The notes under the pieces are model-generated. The model had not been told where the DNA came from. It saw nothing but the letters and a program-made list of their open reading frames with translations, and did not search any database. Position numbers and translations under genes: made by a program. A DNA stretch of 64,000 bases, taken from Diadema antillarum (taxonomy: Eukaryota). The stretch is from NCBI RefSeq assembly GCF_040938485.1, contig NW_027271292.1, forward strand, positions 1,054,001 through 1,118,000, in the 5' to 3' direction. Shown piece by piece: positions 1-13,858 of this stretch; positions within the stretch are counted from its first letter, which is position 1, and every line of letters begins with the position of its first letter.

Positions 1-237
1 GAGGCATTTAAGCGTTATATAAATACACTGACTAAAGATGTTTTATTGCCTTGTAACTATGTTTGATCAATGGTATCTGTGTTTTATGACTGCTCCGTTG
101 TTAAAGTGAAATTTGTTTTTATCGTTCTCTTTTATATGGTTTTATTTTTTTATACTCTATTTCAGTTTAGCGTTCGCTTTTGAAAGTTTGTCTTCAGTTG
201 TGCAATTTCTGTGTGTTTTTTATTTAAATTTTTACTT

Positions 238-445
238 GATGTATTTATAATCCATTTTTCTTTAATGATGTGCAGTATATCATATATTTTATTCATCTTA
301 GGGACTGTAATGGAATTAACAGCTCTTACTGTTTCTTTTATGATGTATTTATAATCCATTTTTTTAATGATGTGCAGTATATTATATATTTCATTCATCT
401 TAGGGATTGTAATGGAATTAACAGTTTTTACTGTTTTTTTTATTT
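238..445. repeat. Direct tandem duplication, ~102-104 bp unit x2
   Basis: GATGTATTTATAATCCATTTTT...GGGA[C/T]TGTAATGGAATTAACAG occurs at 238 and again at 342. This explains the internally repeated 162..452 ORF. Confidence 0.85.
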
Positions 446-629
446 TTATCAAGGTGTAACTGCCAAAAATTTGTTGCTACAGTTGTGTTACATGTATTTA
501 ACTTTTGAATCTAAGCTTGTTTATGTGTTTAGTATCGTTTTGTTTGTATTGTTGCGTATACATGATTTTTGTTTTAATTCTAGATGTATGTATTCTTGGC
601 TTTATACCATTATGTATGTATGTATAATA

Positions 630-720
630 TGTGGACCCCTATGGAAACCAGCTCTGCTGATCAGGGTGTTCCACCCCATGAAGAGGAAATAAATTCAATT
701 CAATTCAATTCAATTCAATC
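630..720 (+). mobile_element. LINE (L2/CR1-like) 3' tail
   Basis: GGACCCCTATGGAAACCAGC...GGGTGTTCC stem-loop, then AATAAA and (TTCAA)n. Related tails occur at ~2826-2900 and ~3328-3390. Confidence 0.55.
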
Positions 721-904
721 TTTTTGAATCGATGGGTTGAGTCAAAATACAGTATATATCCCACATTCGAGTAAACTGCATCATCACACGGTCAGCGCTT
801 ATAGAGTGAAGAATGAGGACGACAAGACTAGTATAGTGTAACTTAAGTAGGCCCTTTTAGTCTTTACATTTAACAATTTCACACACATACACACACACGC
901 ACGT

Positions 905-990
905 ACAATCAATCAATAAAATTAATTAATCAATCAATCAATCAATCAATCAATCAAGCAATCAATCAATCAATTAATTAATCAATCAAA
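905..990. repeat. (CAAT)n microsatellite
   Basis: Direct reading of the sequence. Confidence 0.9.
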
Positions 991-2949
991 AATCTCCACT
1001 CGATTTTAGGGAAAGGTTTGGTTGATAAGTCTGTATCGATGTTCCTGATGAGGAGCGACATATTGTGTTTGTCTTTCACAGAAAACAACAACAGCAACAA
1101 TAACAACAACAACTATATAGTTCGCCCGTCGGGCTATAGAACACCTTTCTTGACTTATCAATTTTATATTAGTGGCACGTAACTTTACTCTAAGATGTCA
1201 GAAGGGCTCAAGAAGGTCTGACCCACAACCTTTCTTTAATCGGCATCTTGCCAAAGAAGAACTGTGATAGCGCAAGAAATCAAGCTTATAAGGGCTTATT
1301 CATATAGGCAATATTTCCTTTTCCCAGCCAACATAATTATAGCTGTGAAGTCGTAAAATGTGAAGTTATCTTCATCGATATCTCATATGGGAGGCTGTAT
1401 GGAAATCAACACAAGGTCATACATGAATGTTTGATAATAAGCCATTTCACAATTAGCTCATACTAATCATGTGCGCATTAGGCTATATACATGATTTTTT
1501 TTTTCTCTCTCTCTCAGTTGGTTAGACACTTTGACCCATACTCGTTTTCATAGGCATGCCACGATGCATAATAGCGTGCCCGCCGTTCATATAACAATAT
1601 TCAAGCCATGGAATTATGTTCAAACAAAGAATGAATTTGAGTACTGACAGTGACCAGAATGGTCCGTCAATAATTTTGACACTGCGGCAGATATCCATTT
1701 CATTGTTTTGTATTAAATTGACTACATTAACAAACTGTTTCTATTGATATAGCAAATACAAAATGTGCCAGGCTTGCTGTCAGGTGGATATACTGACAAA
1801 CACTATTTGTAAGGATTACACATATGAATAATCATTGCATCACAGATGCTTATCTCAGCGATGTTTTTTTTTTAAACCAACATGCCAGATTGTGAAAACT
1901 ACCTTCATTCTGCCAGCATCGAAAGTGGAACTGTGAACCGGCTTATGGTATAGTGAGGTGGGGACGGTCGAGTTGACAAACCTTGTGGTCGAGGAGATTG
2001 TTGCCGAATTGTTGCCGTGATACTAGTACTGTACTCAGAAAACCAGGGAGGTGTCACCTCCTTGGTAAACGCAGGGAGGTTATCTGAGTACAGCTGTATT
2101 GGTAAAAAACGATTTTGATTTTTAAGTAGAAAGCTACTTCCTTTGCAAACTTAAACAAGAAACCATGTACATTTATTAGTATCCGCTATCCTAAATATGT
2201 ATCGTTTACTCTGGTACCATAAGATGTCGGTGTATTACTTAAACAGTTCGTTTGGTGAGCAATATATTCCATGCAGTGTACCCGGAACATTGGGGAGGAT
2301 GAGAAAATATCTTTTTTTATTACCTATTGGTTTGACAATAATTATGTGTGGATACTTCGATAATAGTATAATTTGTATATTGATTTTTTTGTGTGCATGA
2401 TATGTTTTGTACACTTATATTCTTTTTTAAAAATGGAAATGAATAAATGAAATGGAAATGAAAGCATTACATACACTTTCAGGATTTGTGTTCATATTGA
2501 ATGAGTAGAATTTTATCTCTCAAGTTTTAACCTGATTGTGATTTTTTATTAGGATAAACAGAGTGCAATATATTTATTTCTGTGACACCGGGAACTGACA
2601 TATCATTTGTCTTGTTGTTGTTGTTGTTGTTATAGTTGTTGTTTTTTTAACTCGCGTATTATATTCTTTCGGTTTCTTTCTTTCTTATTCCTGCTGTATT
2701 TTTATCAAAGTATAATTTTGTTACTTTTCCTTCTTTTTTTCTGCTATCTGGTTGAAATGTTTACGTTTGTTTTGATTGTAACATTGCGTATTTGAATATA
2801 TGTTTCTGTATCTTTTTATTGTGCAGGGCCCCTTGGTAGAGCAGTTTTTTTAACTGAAAGGGCTACCCTGTTGATATAAAACGGAAATAAATAAATAAAC
2901 CTAGAGACAAATATAACTATGAGAAATAAGCAAGAGAGAAATCATAATT

Positions 2950-3390
2950 ATGTGTGTATGTTTTGATTTTGCACCTCCGTATTTAAAAGATCAATTTCAA
3001 TATTGTCATTTTAATTATTTACTTAGGTCAACAGGTAACTTAGCATTGCCAAAACCCAGGACAGAATACTGTAAAAGAACTTTTTATTATAGGGGTGCTG
3101 TGCAAGACAACAATCTCCCTCCAAGCTTAAATTGTTTGTAGTCCTGCTTCATTTTCTAGTAAATTAACATCATTTGTTCCAGAATTTTTATAATCCCTCT
3201 ATAGTATAAGTTTATTTTCTTTGTAGCTTAGTCGACATACAGTGTACTTTTTTTTCTCTTGTCAGTGATATACATATTTTTACAGTTTGAATGTTTTTTA
3301 TCCTGATATCAATATCAATTTTATATTAGGACCCCATGGAAGAACAGCCATGTCTTCGTAGACTGAGCTGAATGGGCTATCCTACCGTAC
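2950..3390 (+). mobile_element. 5'-truncated CR1/L2-clade LINE: ORF2 C-terminus plus 3' UTR
   Basis: ORF 2950..3141 reads APPYL...Y-LLRS..LALPKPRTEYCKRTFYYRGA...NLP, the typical post-RT C-terminal motif of CR1/L2 ORF2. It is followed by a GGACCCCATGGAAGAACAG...CTGAATGGGCTATCC stem-loop tail. Confidence 0.75.
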
Positions 3391-4029
3391 ATAATCGTTG
3401 CTTATTTTTTTTTCTCTCTCTTGTTTTCTTCCCTTTTCCATATATGCATTCCATGTATTATTCTACTGTTGATCATATGTTGTATATTGCTTGTCATACT
3501 TTTACTGTACTCTTTTTTAATGCTGAATTTACGGTGAATAAATAAATCAAAATCAAATGTTTGTGTATATACGAGTAAGAGAGGGTGGGGTGGGGGCCGG
3601 AGAGAGAGGAAGAGAGATGAATACAAGACCATTAGATTATGTTCAACGAAAGATTAGAGCGTATATCCCCTATCCGAAATCTCTGCAAACTCAAAATGAA
3701 GTTATGATGCTTTAAGGTGACAAATCGTCTGCTATCCCTGTATGATCTCACAAGCAGTATTTCATGTCTTTCCCTTTTTGTATACGTCTTCCAATATACA
3801 AGATGATATGTGTTACCTTATCATGAATACATGGGGTTTCTCCTTATGTGTTATACAAATTTCTTGAGACGCGATAAGATTAAATATACCAGTTAGGAAT
3901 GATAAATACTAAAACTACAACACCAATAAGACGACACACGGGTATTTTATCATTTTTTGTTTTTTGTTTTGAGGGGATGAAGAGGGTGGGGTTTTTGTTT
4001 TGTTTTGTTTTTTAGAATCATTGATATTA

Positions 4030-4584
4030 AGGGCTTTTTACACTTGTGTTTCTTAACCCCGGACTTTCTCTGACCCAGGACTATCGTTAGTCCCGTACCA
4101 ATTTTTTCAGCTTTTTACACTCGCCAATTAGTCCCGTACTATCTCTTGTCCGGGGCTAAGGAGAAAACTGACCTTTTTACACTCGTATTTCTTAGCCCCG
4201 GACTTTCCAAACCACATGAATATTCATAATTACGCTGTGTACTGTACACGTACACGCACGCACCGGCAGCACTTGATTACCTCGTTTCTGATTGGTCAGT
4301 GAGGGTCGGACTTCGTCTCCGTCGCTTAGCCCAGGATTATTTTTTCGTTCTGTTTACACTCACTTGCTTGGCACCGCAATTGCGGTGCTAACCCCTGCTA
4401 TTTTGCAGGGCCAGATAGTACCGTAGATCGGTGGGGCTAGCCCACTTTGGCAAAAACGAGTGTAAACAGAAAGTGGGCTAAGGATAGTCCCGTACCAACG
4501 GTGGGGCTAAGGCCCCCCCCCCCCCCCCCTTAGCCCCACCGTTGGTCCGGGGCTAAGCAAAAATTTACAAGTGTAAAAAGCCCT
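4030..4584. mobile_element. PIF/Harbinger (Tourist-like) MITE, 555 bp
   Basis: Perfect 18-bp TIR AGGGCTTTTTACACTTGT (4030-4047) / ACAAGTGTAAAAAGCCCT (4567-4584), flanked by TTA on both sides (4027-29, 4585-87). Internal repeats TTAGCCCCGG and AGTCCCGTAC. Confidence 0.9.
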
Positions 4585-5346
4585 TTACTGTCACCACGCC
4601 GCTAGGCCCCACTAATCTCTGTATGTGATCTTATTTATGAACAGACACATTGTTCTAAAATTAAAAATATATGCAATCGTGATGGTAGAATTTTCACCAA
4701 CCAAGACCGTCTATAAAATCTTGTTTCAGTTTCAGAAGACAAGCATCGCTGATTTGCTATGACCAACCTTTATAACAAGAGTCGCTTATCATCTCGAGTA
4801 ACATTGCCAACAATGTATATCCGGTAATACTAGCTTTAATCACACGGGACACATGATACAAATCGCTCCAATACAGGAACTGTCCGCACTGCGATCTGAA
4901 CTTGCATGTTCTGAAGAGAAAGTAACTGCAATTTAGGCCTATCCTACGGATGTAGATTTAAGACCACCAATGTATTGAAGTCGTTACAGTGTATTAATAT
5001 CAGTAATGAGACAAGAGCCTTTCCGCGTCTGCCGCTTGCTAGTAAAACCCGGATCCTCGTTCTGGCAAGTGACATTGTTCTCTTTAAAACAAAGAGAGAG
5101 AGAGAGAGAAAGAGAGTGATAACGCTAATGACGTTGTAAAAGAAAAACAAAAAAAATCATGATGCTTAAGTTACTATAGAATGACTAATGGGTTATATCC
5201 TCTTTGTGTGTGTAGTATAACCTATAGTGGCAGTGCATGCATTAGCTCATAGCTCATTCTTCACTTTACACAAAAATACAATTACCCCTATTCCTTAGGC
5301 AAGGATCAGTTCAATTCAGCATCATCCGTTATCTATGATACATGAC

Positions 5347-5692
5347 ATAAGAAAAAAAGGTTCTCAAAATGGTTCTCATCGGATGGTTCTCGCGAAATGG
5401 TTCCGCTGAGAACCTTAAATGGTTCTCAATTATAGCACCATTTTATTGCTAAAGGTGCTCACGAGCACCCTTTAAAATGGAGGATGTGAGCACCTTTTCA
5501 GTCGAAAAGGTGCCTGTAGGCACCCAAATGGTTCTCATGAGCACCATTTCATTTTAAAAGGGTTCTAATGGGCACCTTTAGCAAAAGATGCTGATAGGCA
5601 CCATTTAAAAAGGTTCCCACGAGCACCCAAAAAGGTGTCGATATTGTGACAGTAACATTTTTTGTTTTGTTTTGTTATTTTCTTAGAGTGTA
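5347..5692. mobile_element. Non-autonomous DNA element with internal GCACC/GGTTCTC subrepeats
   Basis: Dense short internal direct and inverted motifs. The right end TTTTCTTAGAGTGTA reads as a CAC-type terminus on the minus strand; the left terminus is degenerate. Confidence 0.5.
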
Positions 5693-7580
5693 CTCTTATC
5701 TAGTATATTTGCACATTGTGAAGTTACACTTACTTTATGTAATTTCTCTGACCGGTAGCACACAACTTTATTTCAATGCCTGAATATGACACGAATATTG
5801 TAAATTTATACCTTCGGGTCACGCTTAAAACTATTTGCCCAGAGGTGATTTCGCAACATTGCTATGCCCCTCAACATTGTCTCGAGGCATATTTATTAGT
5901 CTTGCTGAGAAATTACCTCTTGGCAAATATTTTAATCCGTAGCCCTCAAAACAGTCGATAATTATCACCATAATTCATTGAGGATGTAAAGTTGCTATGT
6001 ACCGAAATGTAGCCTCCAAGATTGAGAATATTGCTGTTATGCTATACTTTCGTTTGTTTATTTTCTCAGCTGAACCTAGGAGAGAAAGACATCGTAAGCA
6101 AATCATTTCATCCGAGGACTTGCAGGACACAATTAGCCAGTCTCCTCTCTTTAAAGAAATGGCTCCCTCATTTTGCGCGCGATTGCAATATCTAATTCAA
6201 TTTAGGTCTATGTGTTACCTGCCTTTAAACTGTGCTCTGCCTGCTGCGAGTTTGAGAAATCACCTTTGATTATTGAACGCACTACTCATTTATCCATTTC
6301 ATTCATTAATTCATTTTCATTTTCAACAACAAAAAATACACATGTACAAAACATATTATTATCATGTTCTATCGTAATACAAAACAACACACGTGCTCCA
6401 AATGTATGTCAAAATGTGCTGTAATCACAATAGGATAGGTTGTAAAGTAAAATATGCATGATACTACTTAATAACGTTGAAATTTCAGGGGAAGCTACAA
6501 AGCAGAGCTTGCCATATACTCATGCATTCCCCTTAAAGCAATTATTGATAAGGTACAGAAAATGTTGGCTGCATCGAAACGTGTGACGTCAAAATATAAT
6601 AAAGATTTAAAAGAAAATAAATGGAAAATTGCCAAGTTGAGATTGATATTAAACTTTCAAACTGAACTCTGAAGTACACATATTTTAATGTAATAATCAT
6701 TTCTAATATAGCAGCGTACAATATCAGCAGTCACCACAATCCACAGAACAATGATATCAAAATGTACTCGCATCCTCACAGCTGGAAGGTGTATTTGTAA
6801 GGTGTGCTGTGAGGGGGCATCTCCCCCCCTCCCCCCTCCCCCCCCCCCCCCCCCCCCCCTCCCCCCAACTTTCTTGATTTTTCCAGGTTGACTCATTTGA
6901 ATATCAAAAATGATTATTTTGTTTGATTTCGTTAAGACTCTGCATTATTAGCAGAAAGATAAGAACCTGTTCCCTCCCTCCAAATAATCAAACGAGTATA
7001 CATCACAAAAACATTAATGGGCTTCCATTCAGTCCCAACCTTACTACACTCTTGATAACTTCTGTCAGATTCACAACTTGCGGTCACATCTAACATGGGA
7101 AGTAAACGAGTATTGATCATGTCTTAAAAGGAAGACGTGATGGAACAATTACTTACCCATACTGTTTAGAACTCACGCAAACAAAAACGACAGACGAAAT
7201 ATGATAGCGGGAATTGTGTTCTTTCATCCTTAGTATCACATACGTCATTTCTTACTCTTTCTGTCTCTCTTTATTCCCCATTGTCTCCATTTTTATGCTC
7301 TATTGTCTCCCTCTATTCCACAAGTATCATGTTGGACCCTCTTCTTTTATTGTATTAATGTCATGCATATCATCGGTTGCCAAAGAGCCAAGCTTTTAGC
7401 TTAATTATTGTTGGCAACCGTTTTGTATGGTAATTTATAACGCATGTTATTATGTCACAGTCGATGTGTCACGAATATTTAATTGCAGAATCTAGCCATT
7501 AATGTATAGTAGCATTCTATTATGTTAGATGATATTGCAAAAAAAAAAGGAATTACAAATGATATGCCACACAGAACATG

Positions 7581-7621
7581 ATCAAATCAAATCAAATCAA
7601 ATCAAATCAAATCAAATCAAA
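7581..7621. repeat. (ATCAA)n microsatellite
   Basis: Direct reading; another copy lies at ~34097-34155. Confidence 0.9.
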
Positions 7622-8499
7622 TACGGGAGCGTGGTATCAGGGTTCTCACCTCCCTGGTGGTATATTTAGTCATGAGAATGTAAGTAAGAATCGCCAAGAA
7701 AAAGGTGGTACAGACTGTAGGTCTGACATCCCATTTAATCAAAGTTTGCGCACCTAGACTTTGTATTTAGTTTGGGGAGCTTATTTCACCACGGGAAAAT
7801 AATCAACCGGTGAAGGAGTGTCACGAGATGGCGCTCGTCTCCAGCTCAGTTTAGAGTCCCTTCATGAAGGGCCTCCACACATTACAGTGTGGGTTCTGCC
7901 CGTATGATTAGTGTATTAATTTCATAATTAGTGTATTAGTTATAATTAGTACAAACTCGTGTGAGTCTCACACTTAAGAGTATAATGCAATACTATGGTC
8001 TCATGCCTGTAAGGATTTCTTTATTTATCTGTCTGTTTAAGTCACTTTCATTTACAGTAAAGCATAGAAACTTATTCCTTCCCTGTCGTTTATTCTGCGA
8101 GGGGGATTTTCAAGTCACAATGCGCTATATAAGAAGTAGCTAAAATAAGTCTTGACCGCTTTGGTGTTACGGCTCAAAGGCTCCAAAAACAAACTTATAC
8201 ATTCTCCTTTCCCTCTAAGTAATTGTTCAAAGGAAATCTCAAAATAGACGAAGGGAGCTTTGTAAAAGAATTTATCCTCACCAATATCTGTAGTCAACTA
8301 CATTGTAGTTCCTTAGAAAGCTTGGATCTTGTAATCTTTAGTTCATTACAATGTGATAATAGAGTGACATAGTTTTTATTTCCGGCGATATTTCCCTTCA
8401 CATTCTTTTCAAGTGTTATCATGATCATATTCATAACAATAATTGTCACCGTCATTAGTATCGAGGACATTACTGTTATCATTATCACTTTTAGCACAT

Positions 8500-8603
8500 T
8501 ATTATTATTATCATTATTACCGTACTATTATCTATCATCGTCATTATTGATATTGTCGCCATACTACTACTACCACTACTACTACTTCCACTACTACTAC
8601 TAT

Positions 8604-8647
<44 letters not shown>

Positions 8648-8660
8648 TTTATACTACGTG
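8500..8660. repeat. (TAC)n/(ATT)n microsatellite
   Basis: Direct reading; explains the poly-Tyr ORF 8421..8786. Confidence 0.9.
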
Positions 8661-9027
8661 ATCATTATCAATATGCTGGTGTTAAGAATGACCTATTGTA
8701 TACATTTTCTTAAAAGCTATGAGCCAAAAATGTCGTTTGGCTCATATTCCTTGGGTAAAAGAATACGTCTTCAATCTAACCACTGAGTGAAAGACAAGAT
8801 TTGAAATATAAATAAGAAAGGAGAAAGAAAGGAAGGAAGGAAGGAAGAGAGAAAGAAAAGGCACAAGATTAATACAAATTCATCAGAACGGTATAGGTTT
8901 TGAGGGCGCCCTTGATAATTTTGACCAGTACCGTATTGCTTCTACAGCCCGTCACCAACTGACAGAAGGCGTTCGCATTCTTTACGAAGAACCGACAGAA
9001 AAGCATTATTCCCGCTAGGTGCGTGTG

Positions 9028-9062
<35 letters not shown>

Positions 9063-9304
9063 GCGTGCGTGTGTGTGTGGTTTTTTTTTCAGCATGTTCA
9101 CGAGACGACGGGCTCTACGACCTCTTATACATACCTTTTTCACTCGCTGTATATACCTCATCGATTTGTCTGGACGTTGGGTATGATCCAGATCTAGCTT
9201 ATCTTTTGCCTCGAAACTCCATGAAATATATAACACAGAAAAGAAAAGAAACCAACAAAACATGTGAGTGAAACACAAGTAGGTCTAAGTATTCCGGCCT
9301 TCCA

Positions 9305-9385
9305 GGTCATGTGGTGGCGTAATGGTCACAAACTCTCGGTCAGCCGGGGTCCGAGGTTCGAATTTCGTCTGGTGCCGTCATCTTG
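9305..9385 (+). mobile_element. tRNA-derived SINE head
   Basis: A-box-like TGGCGTAATGG (~9314) and B-box-like GGTTCGAAT (~9355) at tRNA-like spacing; no intact cloverleaf. Confidence 0.5.
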
Positions 9386-11887
9386 TGTCTTCTACGATCC
9401 TATCATCGCTTCACTTTCCACATAATACTGACTTTCCTCTTTCGACCCTTTGCCCTCCGATTCTCTCTTCCTCCTCATAGCTCTGCATACACACTCTCTC
9501 CCCTGTATTCTATCCGCATCATATTAAAACTCATTGCCATTCACTCGTCTATGTAATTTCTGTTTGGTTTTGTTTTGTTTGGCTTGACTTGGTTTTATTT
9601 CTGCATTTTCCAACATTATTGACAATAGAACACAATGTATACAAAGAACTTTCGAATTAAAAGTTATAACGACGACTTAATCAATGTTAGATAAAAGGAA
9701 TATGTTGAAGATAGAATACAGGGGAGAGAATGTGTATCTAGATATTTTTGTGTCAGTACATGTAATTGACTCGAGGGCATGGAAAGGAAAAATCTCATCT
9801 CTTGCCTCGGCAATCTTACATCTTTAATGTTAAATGTATAAATCTTACATAATTTTCATTTTCTTTTGAAAAAAAAATCTTACATCATGTTACTTCTTCT
9901 CCTTATTCTTTAACTTTTTCTACACATGCACTGCATGATTTCAATACTGATTCCGTTATGTTTTATCATCATGGTATTATGTTTTTTATGTATGCATGTT
10001 TTATTTAGTGGAAATGAATGAATGAATGAGTGAATGAGTGAATGAATGAATGAATGAATGAATTAATTAATTAATGAATGAATATTCACCAAAGGAAAAG
10101 TGCAACAAACCGCACATCGTAAGCCTATCATATTATTATGCTTGAAAGGATGATGGCGTGTGAATGGGGTATATTGAAGAGAGGGAAAACGAGAAAATAA
10201 AGTGGAAAATATTGGCCGGTAATCATGCAAGGTGGATCGTTCTGGTGTCTCGATATGGCTAGATGAGTACAAGGGAGAGGGTAGTGTAAGACCTGTGAGG
10301 GAGGATCTGAGGAAAGGGTGAAGTTGACAGCAGATGAGAGGAAACTAAGAAGTCTAAAGCCATACACCCATGAATATACTATTTTGATATTATACTACAA
10401 GTATATTTTCAATAGCTATTGACTGACGTAAATCTATAATGGCTCTTGAGCAGACGAATAACCTTGTGTGTCTACTTCAGAAACGAATTTTCAAGTTAAA
10501 CATTAATATCGCATCCTGGTCGCTGATGAAGAATATGCTATACTAATCTGTTTGCTGGTTTGGTTCTTTAAAAACATGTGCTTCCCCTCCAGGATGGAGC
10601 GTTTTAATGTCTCTAGGTTATATGGCAGTATGCGCAGAGATGAACTAGTGCATAAGGCACGAGGAAAAAAGTTCAGCTATATATTTCTTTCATCGAAATT
10701 CATGAATGATCTAGCTTTGATGAAAGGCGGGGGAAGGGAAATCGATGCGAATCATAGAAAAGGTCTTGGCTGAGCTGAAGAAAAAGGCTTCGCTTTATTA
10801 TCATTATCATTATTATCATTTTCTTACCAGGGTTTAAAAGGAATAATGAAGGCAGTGCAGGATTACCTTTGTGTATTTTTAGACCCTCTCACGGAAATGT
10901 TTTGATCAGACCTCTTTGTTCAGAGTCACCTTTGCTGTTGAATATCATTTTGATTGAGATATATGAGATTGACTTTCGTAAATAACAATTTCTTCTAAGA
11001 CTCGTCTGAATAGCGATCGACACTGAGAGCTGCGGTCATTGTCACATTTCCACCCAATTGCTCGCGTCGATGCAGACACCTGTAAAGAATCCCGCACGGC
11101 ACACTCTCACGTCTTATACAAAGATAGCTGAAGGAACAACAACAACAACAACAATAAGGCTCGTAAGTAAAATTTTCTCAAGGATATTCATAAAAAGTGA
11201 AGATCTTGGGAACAGTTTGTAAGAATCTCTTTATGTGTATTATAGGAGTGATGAAAGAGAGATGTTTTTGAAGTGCGCAAGCGCATATCGCTTTTTAAAA
11301 ACAAGAGAAAAAAAAAAGAGAAAGGCAGAAAGAGAAAGAGAGAGTGAATGATCTAGGGAAAGTTTCCCAGTTCCAAACACTTAAAAGTAGGCATGGTTAA
11401 ATTCTCAAGCCAGTCGATTACAGATTCAATCATCGGAAAGTCTGGGCAGTGTTGCTGTATAGATGGTACTCGGGTGAGAAATTCACACATTATGTTTTGT
11501 TTTGTTTTATGCATTCTGATTTTAGAATTCGCCCCGTCTTCTCACATTCTGCCTTATTGAAAAGTAAGGTTTTGTTTGGTCTAACGGGAATACTTCAGAC
11601 ATTAAAGGGAATAATTCTCTTTGCAAGTCATTAAACCCGGATTCTCAGGTGATTTACTCTTCACAGTAGATTATAACTGAAGCATTAAATGCAGCAAATG
11701 TAGAGAATCAGCGTCCAAATAATATCACAATAGTTTTAAAAGTCCTATAGGGTAATAGAAAGACATAAAGAATATTTTTGCATCTGTATAGATAAAGTGT
11801 CTTTCATGGACGTAAATAAACACCGATTATTCAATGTTCTGATAGCAGCCACGATACAAAAAAAAAAAAAAAATCATGGGTGTATAT

Positions 11888-11945
11888 ACTCGGATTGGAC
11901 TCGAACCAACAACCTTCTTATTGCTAGACAGGCGTCATATCCAGT
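11888..11945 (-). mobile_element. 5'-truncated tRNA(Ala-AGC)-like SINE or pseudogene
   Basis: The minus strand has the loop CTAGCAA and a well-paired T arm GTTGG-TTCGAGT-CCAAT. The loop is identical to that of the element at 38074. Confidence 0.55.
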
Positions 11946-12031
11946 ATTGTACTTCATTTCATACCGAGCTTGCATCCAATAGCTAGTGACAGTTTTGTAC
12001 CTTAAAGCAGTGGGTACTGCGTACTAGGGCC

Positions 12032-12305
12032 TACTCAGGGTAATGATTCTTTCGTCGAGTTGCTTTCATTGCAACTGATTGACTAATTGCCTATCATTAT
12101 GCACCGATTGTTGAGCGTTTTAGAAGTAGCCATGATAAAGATACTAGGGGAAAAAAAAGAGTTGTACCTTGTATGTAGGCCTATTAATATTGTCATGGCT
12201 ATTTATCAAAACACTGAATAATCAGTGTTTACTTACGTCGATGAAGAGCAATTTGTCAATCAGTTGCAATGAAAACAAACCAAAGCAAGAATTATTAATT
12301 TGAAT
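12032..12305. repeat. Inverted-repeat (MITE-like) element upstream of gene A
   Basis: TTTCATTGCAACTGATTGAC (~12064) is inverted as GTCAATCAGTTGCAATGAAA (~12256); outer AATGATTCTT/AAGAATTATT arms. Confidence 0.65.
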
Positions 12306-12837
12306 AAAGTACTGGAGTGTGACACTTATTCGTTTCTAGCAAACCATCATTCATATAAATTAAACAAGCCAAATTTGATAATAATCACATAGGTAAACAT
12401 AAATCTTTGACGGCTTTTCTCACCAAAGGAATGGTGAATTTACGCCTGGTTTAAACTTGAAATCACAAAACAGAATCTGTTTGACAAAAAAAAACCCCGA
12501 ATATTTGTAATAACGAACCACTGAAATCAACTATTGATTGCATGTTTATCTCTGCTTTTGTACTTTCTGGTCCATGCTAAATTGAAAAAAGTAAAAGAGA
12601 GAAGGCGGGGGAGAGTTTTCCTGAGTGAAAAGATGTATCAACATTTTAGGAACGATGATGGGGGATCATTTTACCATTATATGCTTATAATTATATCAGA
12701 TTTCAATTCCTTATACTGAGTGCTTACCGAGAAACTATTCCTATGCGGATTTTATAAGTATGACATCTCATTTCAAACATACCACAGATCATTAAAGAAT
12801 TATTTAACAATAATTCTAACATTTTTTTTTTGTTTCC

Positions 12838-13858
12838 ATGCATGAAACTCAAGATTCAAGACTGTCCATTGATTCATATTTCGAAAACAAGGTTGACATG
12901 TCAGACGGCCAAATGGGCGGACAAAAAACTGTTACATTATTTGAAGAGGCAGAAGATGATAACTTTTCAGCAATGACTGAGCTCACAACCCAGTCTCAGG
13001 TCACCAGCTGGTCGGAATCTTCGAGTCTCTTCTCCTCGGAGGTAGTCATCGCCTTGGCGGTCATCGTTGCTGTCATAGTGTTCATCACCGTCATCGGAAA
13101 CTTGCTGGTCGTCTTATCCTTCATGACGACAAAGAAGCTACGTAATTACAACAACTACTTCATACTAAGCCTGGCCGTGTCTGACCTTGTGGTCGGTGCC
13201 ATCGACATGCCCCTCTTCGCCATCGTATTCATTACCGGGCGATGGCCGTTTGGGGAAGTCTTCTGTGACATCTTCTCCTTCCTCGACCACACTTTCGCCC
13301 ACGTCAGCATCGTGCTCGTAACCATCATCAGTCTGGAACGCTGGGTTGCGGTCTCATTTCCCTTCCACCATCGTCGATACTGGCGGCGTCGCTCGCGTGC
13401 CATGCTGCTCATAGCCATCGGGTACGCCATTCCCGTGCTCATCTGGTTGCCGTCCACCGCGCTATGGCAGTACCTTCGGGGAAACGAACGTCGAGCTATA
13501 CCTGCAGACGTCTGCGAGCCACAGTACCTGGAGAGTGTGGTTTTTAGCTTTTTGTCACCAATACTGTACCTGTTCATTCCCTTCGCCATCACGGCTGTCC
13601 TCTGCACTCGCATTTCTGTCATCATCTGGCAAATCCAAGGACAGAAGGCGAAGACGCAAGGGACGATTAATCATCAAAGAAAGACTGATCGGCAGTTTCA
13701 AAATGGTGCTCCTTCGACATCGAATACTTCATCTTCGCAGGTAATCGAATCCGACGTCGGAACCGATAAGTCACAGAGGCCGAACGAGACAGGCTCTCCG
13801 GATAACATCGACGATGAACAGGAAATCAAACAGAAAACGAGAAAGGACAACTTTAAAG
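12838..13858 (+). CDS. Gene A, muscarinic-like aminergic class A GPCR, coding exon 1 (N-term to ICL3; TM1-TM5)
   Basis: GN1.50; NNYFILSLAVSD2.50; C3.25-x6-D3.32; SLERW; LWQY in TM4; P5.50. The ORF runs past a phase-1 donor AAAG|GTAGGA (GT 13859-60). The start codon is uncertain (12838 or 12898, or an unseen upstream exon). Confidence 0.9.

Noticed and set aside
1020-1480. Possible Penelope/GIY-YIG remnant
   Set aside because: Only a vague CCTGATGA tail-like motif; no translatable domain motif.
8294-9278. Poly-Tyr, poly-Ile, CV and HT ORFs here and at 16996-17355, 26035-26315, 37936-38412
   Set aside because: These are translations of microsatellites.
11070-11162. 31-codon ORF ending at a GTAAGT donor as the first coding exon of gene A
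   Set aside because: Its phase 0 does not fit either nearby acceptor (12853, 12860). It could be a 5' UTR exon, but this is unsupported.
13155-13625. 156-aa antisense ORF inside gene A, and similar shadow ORFs inside C, D and E
   Set aside because: These are expected by-products of GC-rich hydrophobic codons on the opposite strand or frame; they have no independent motifs.
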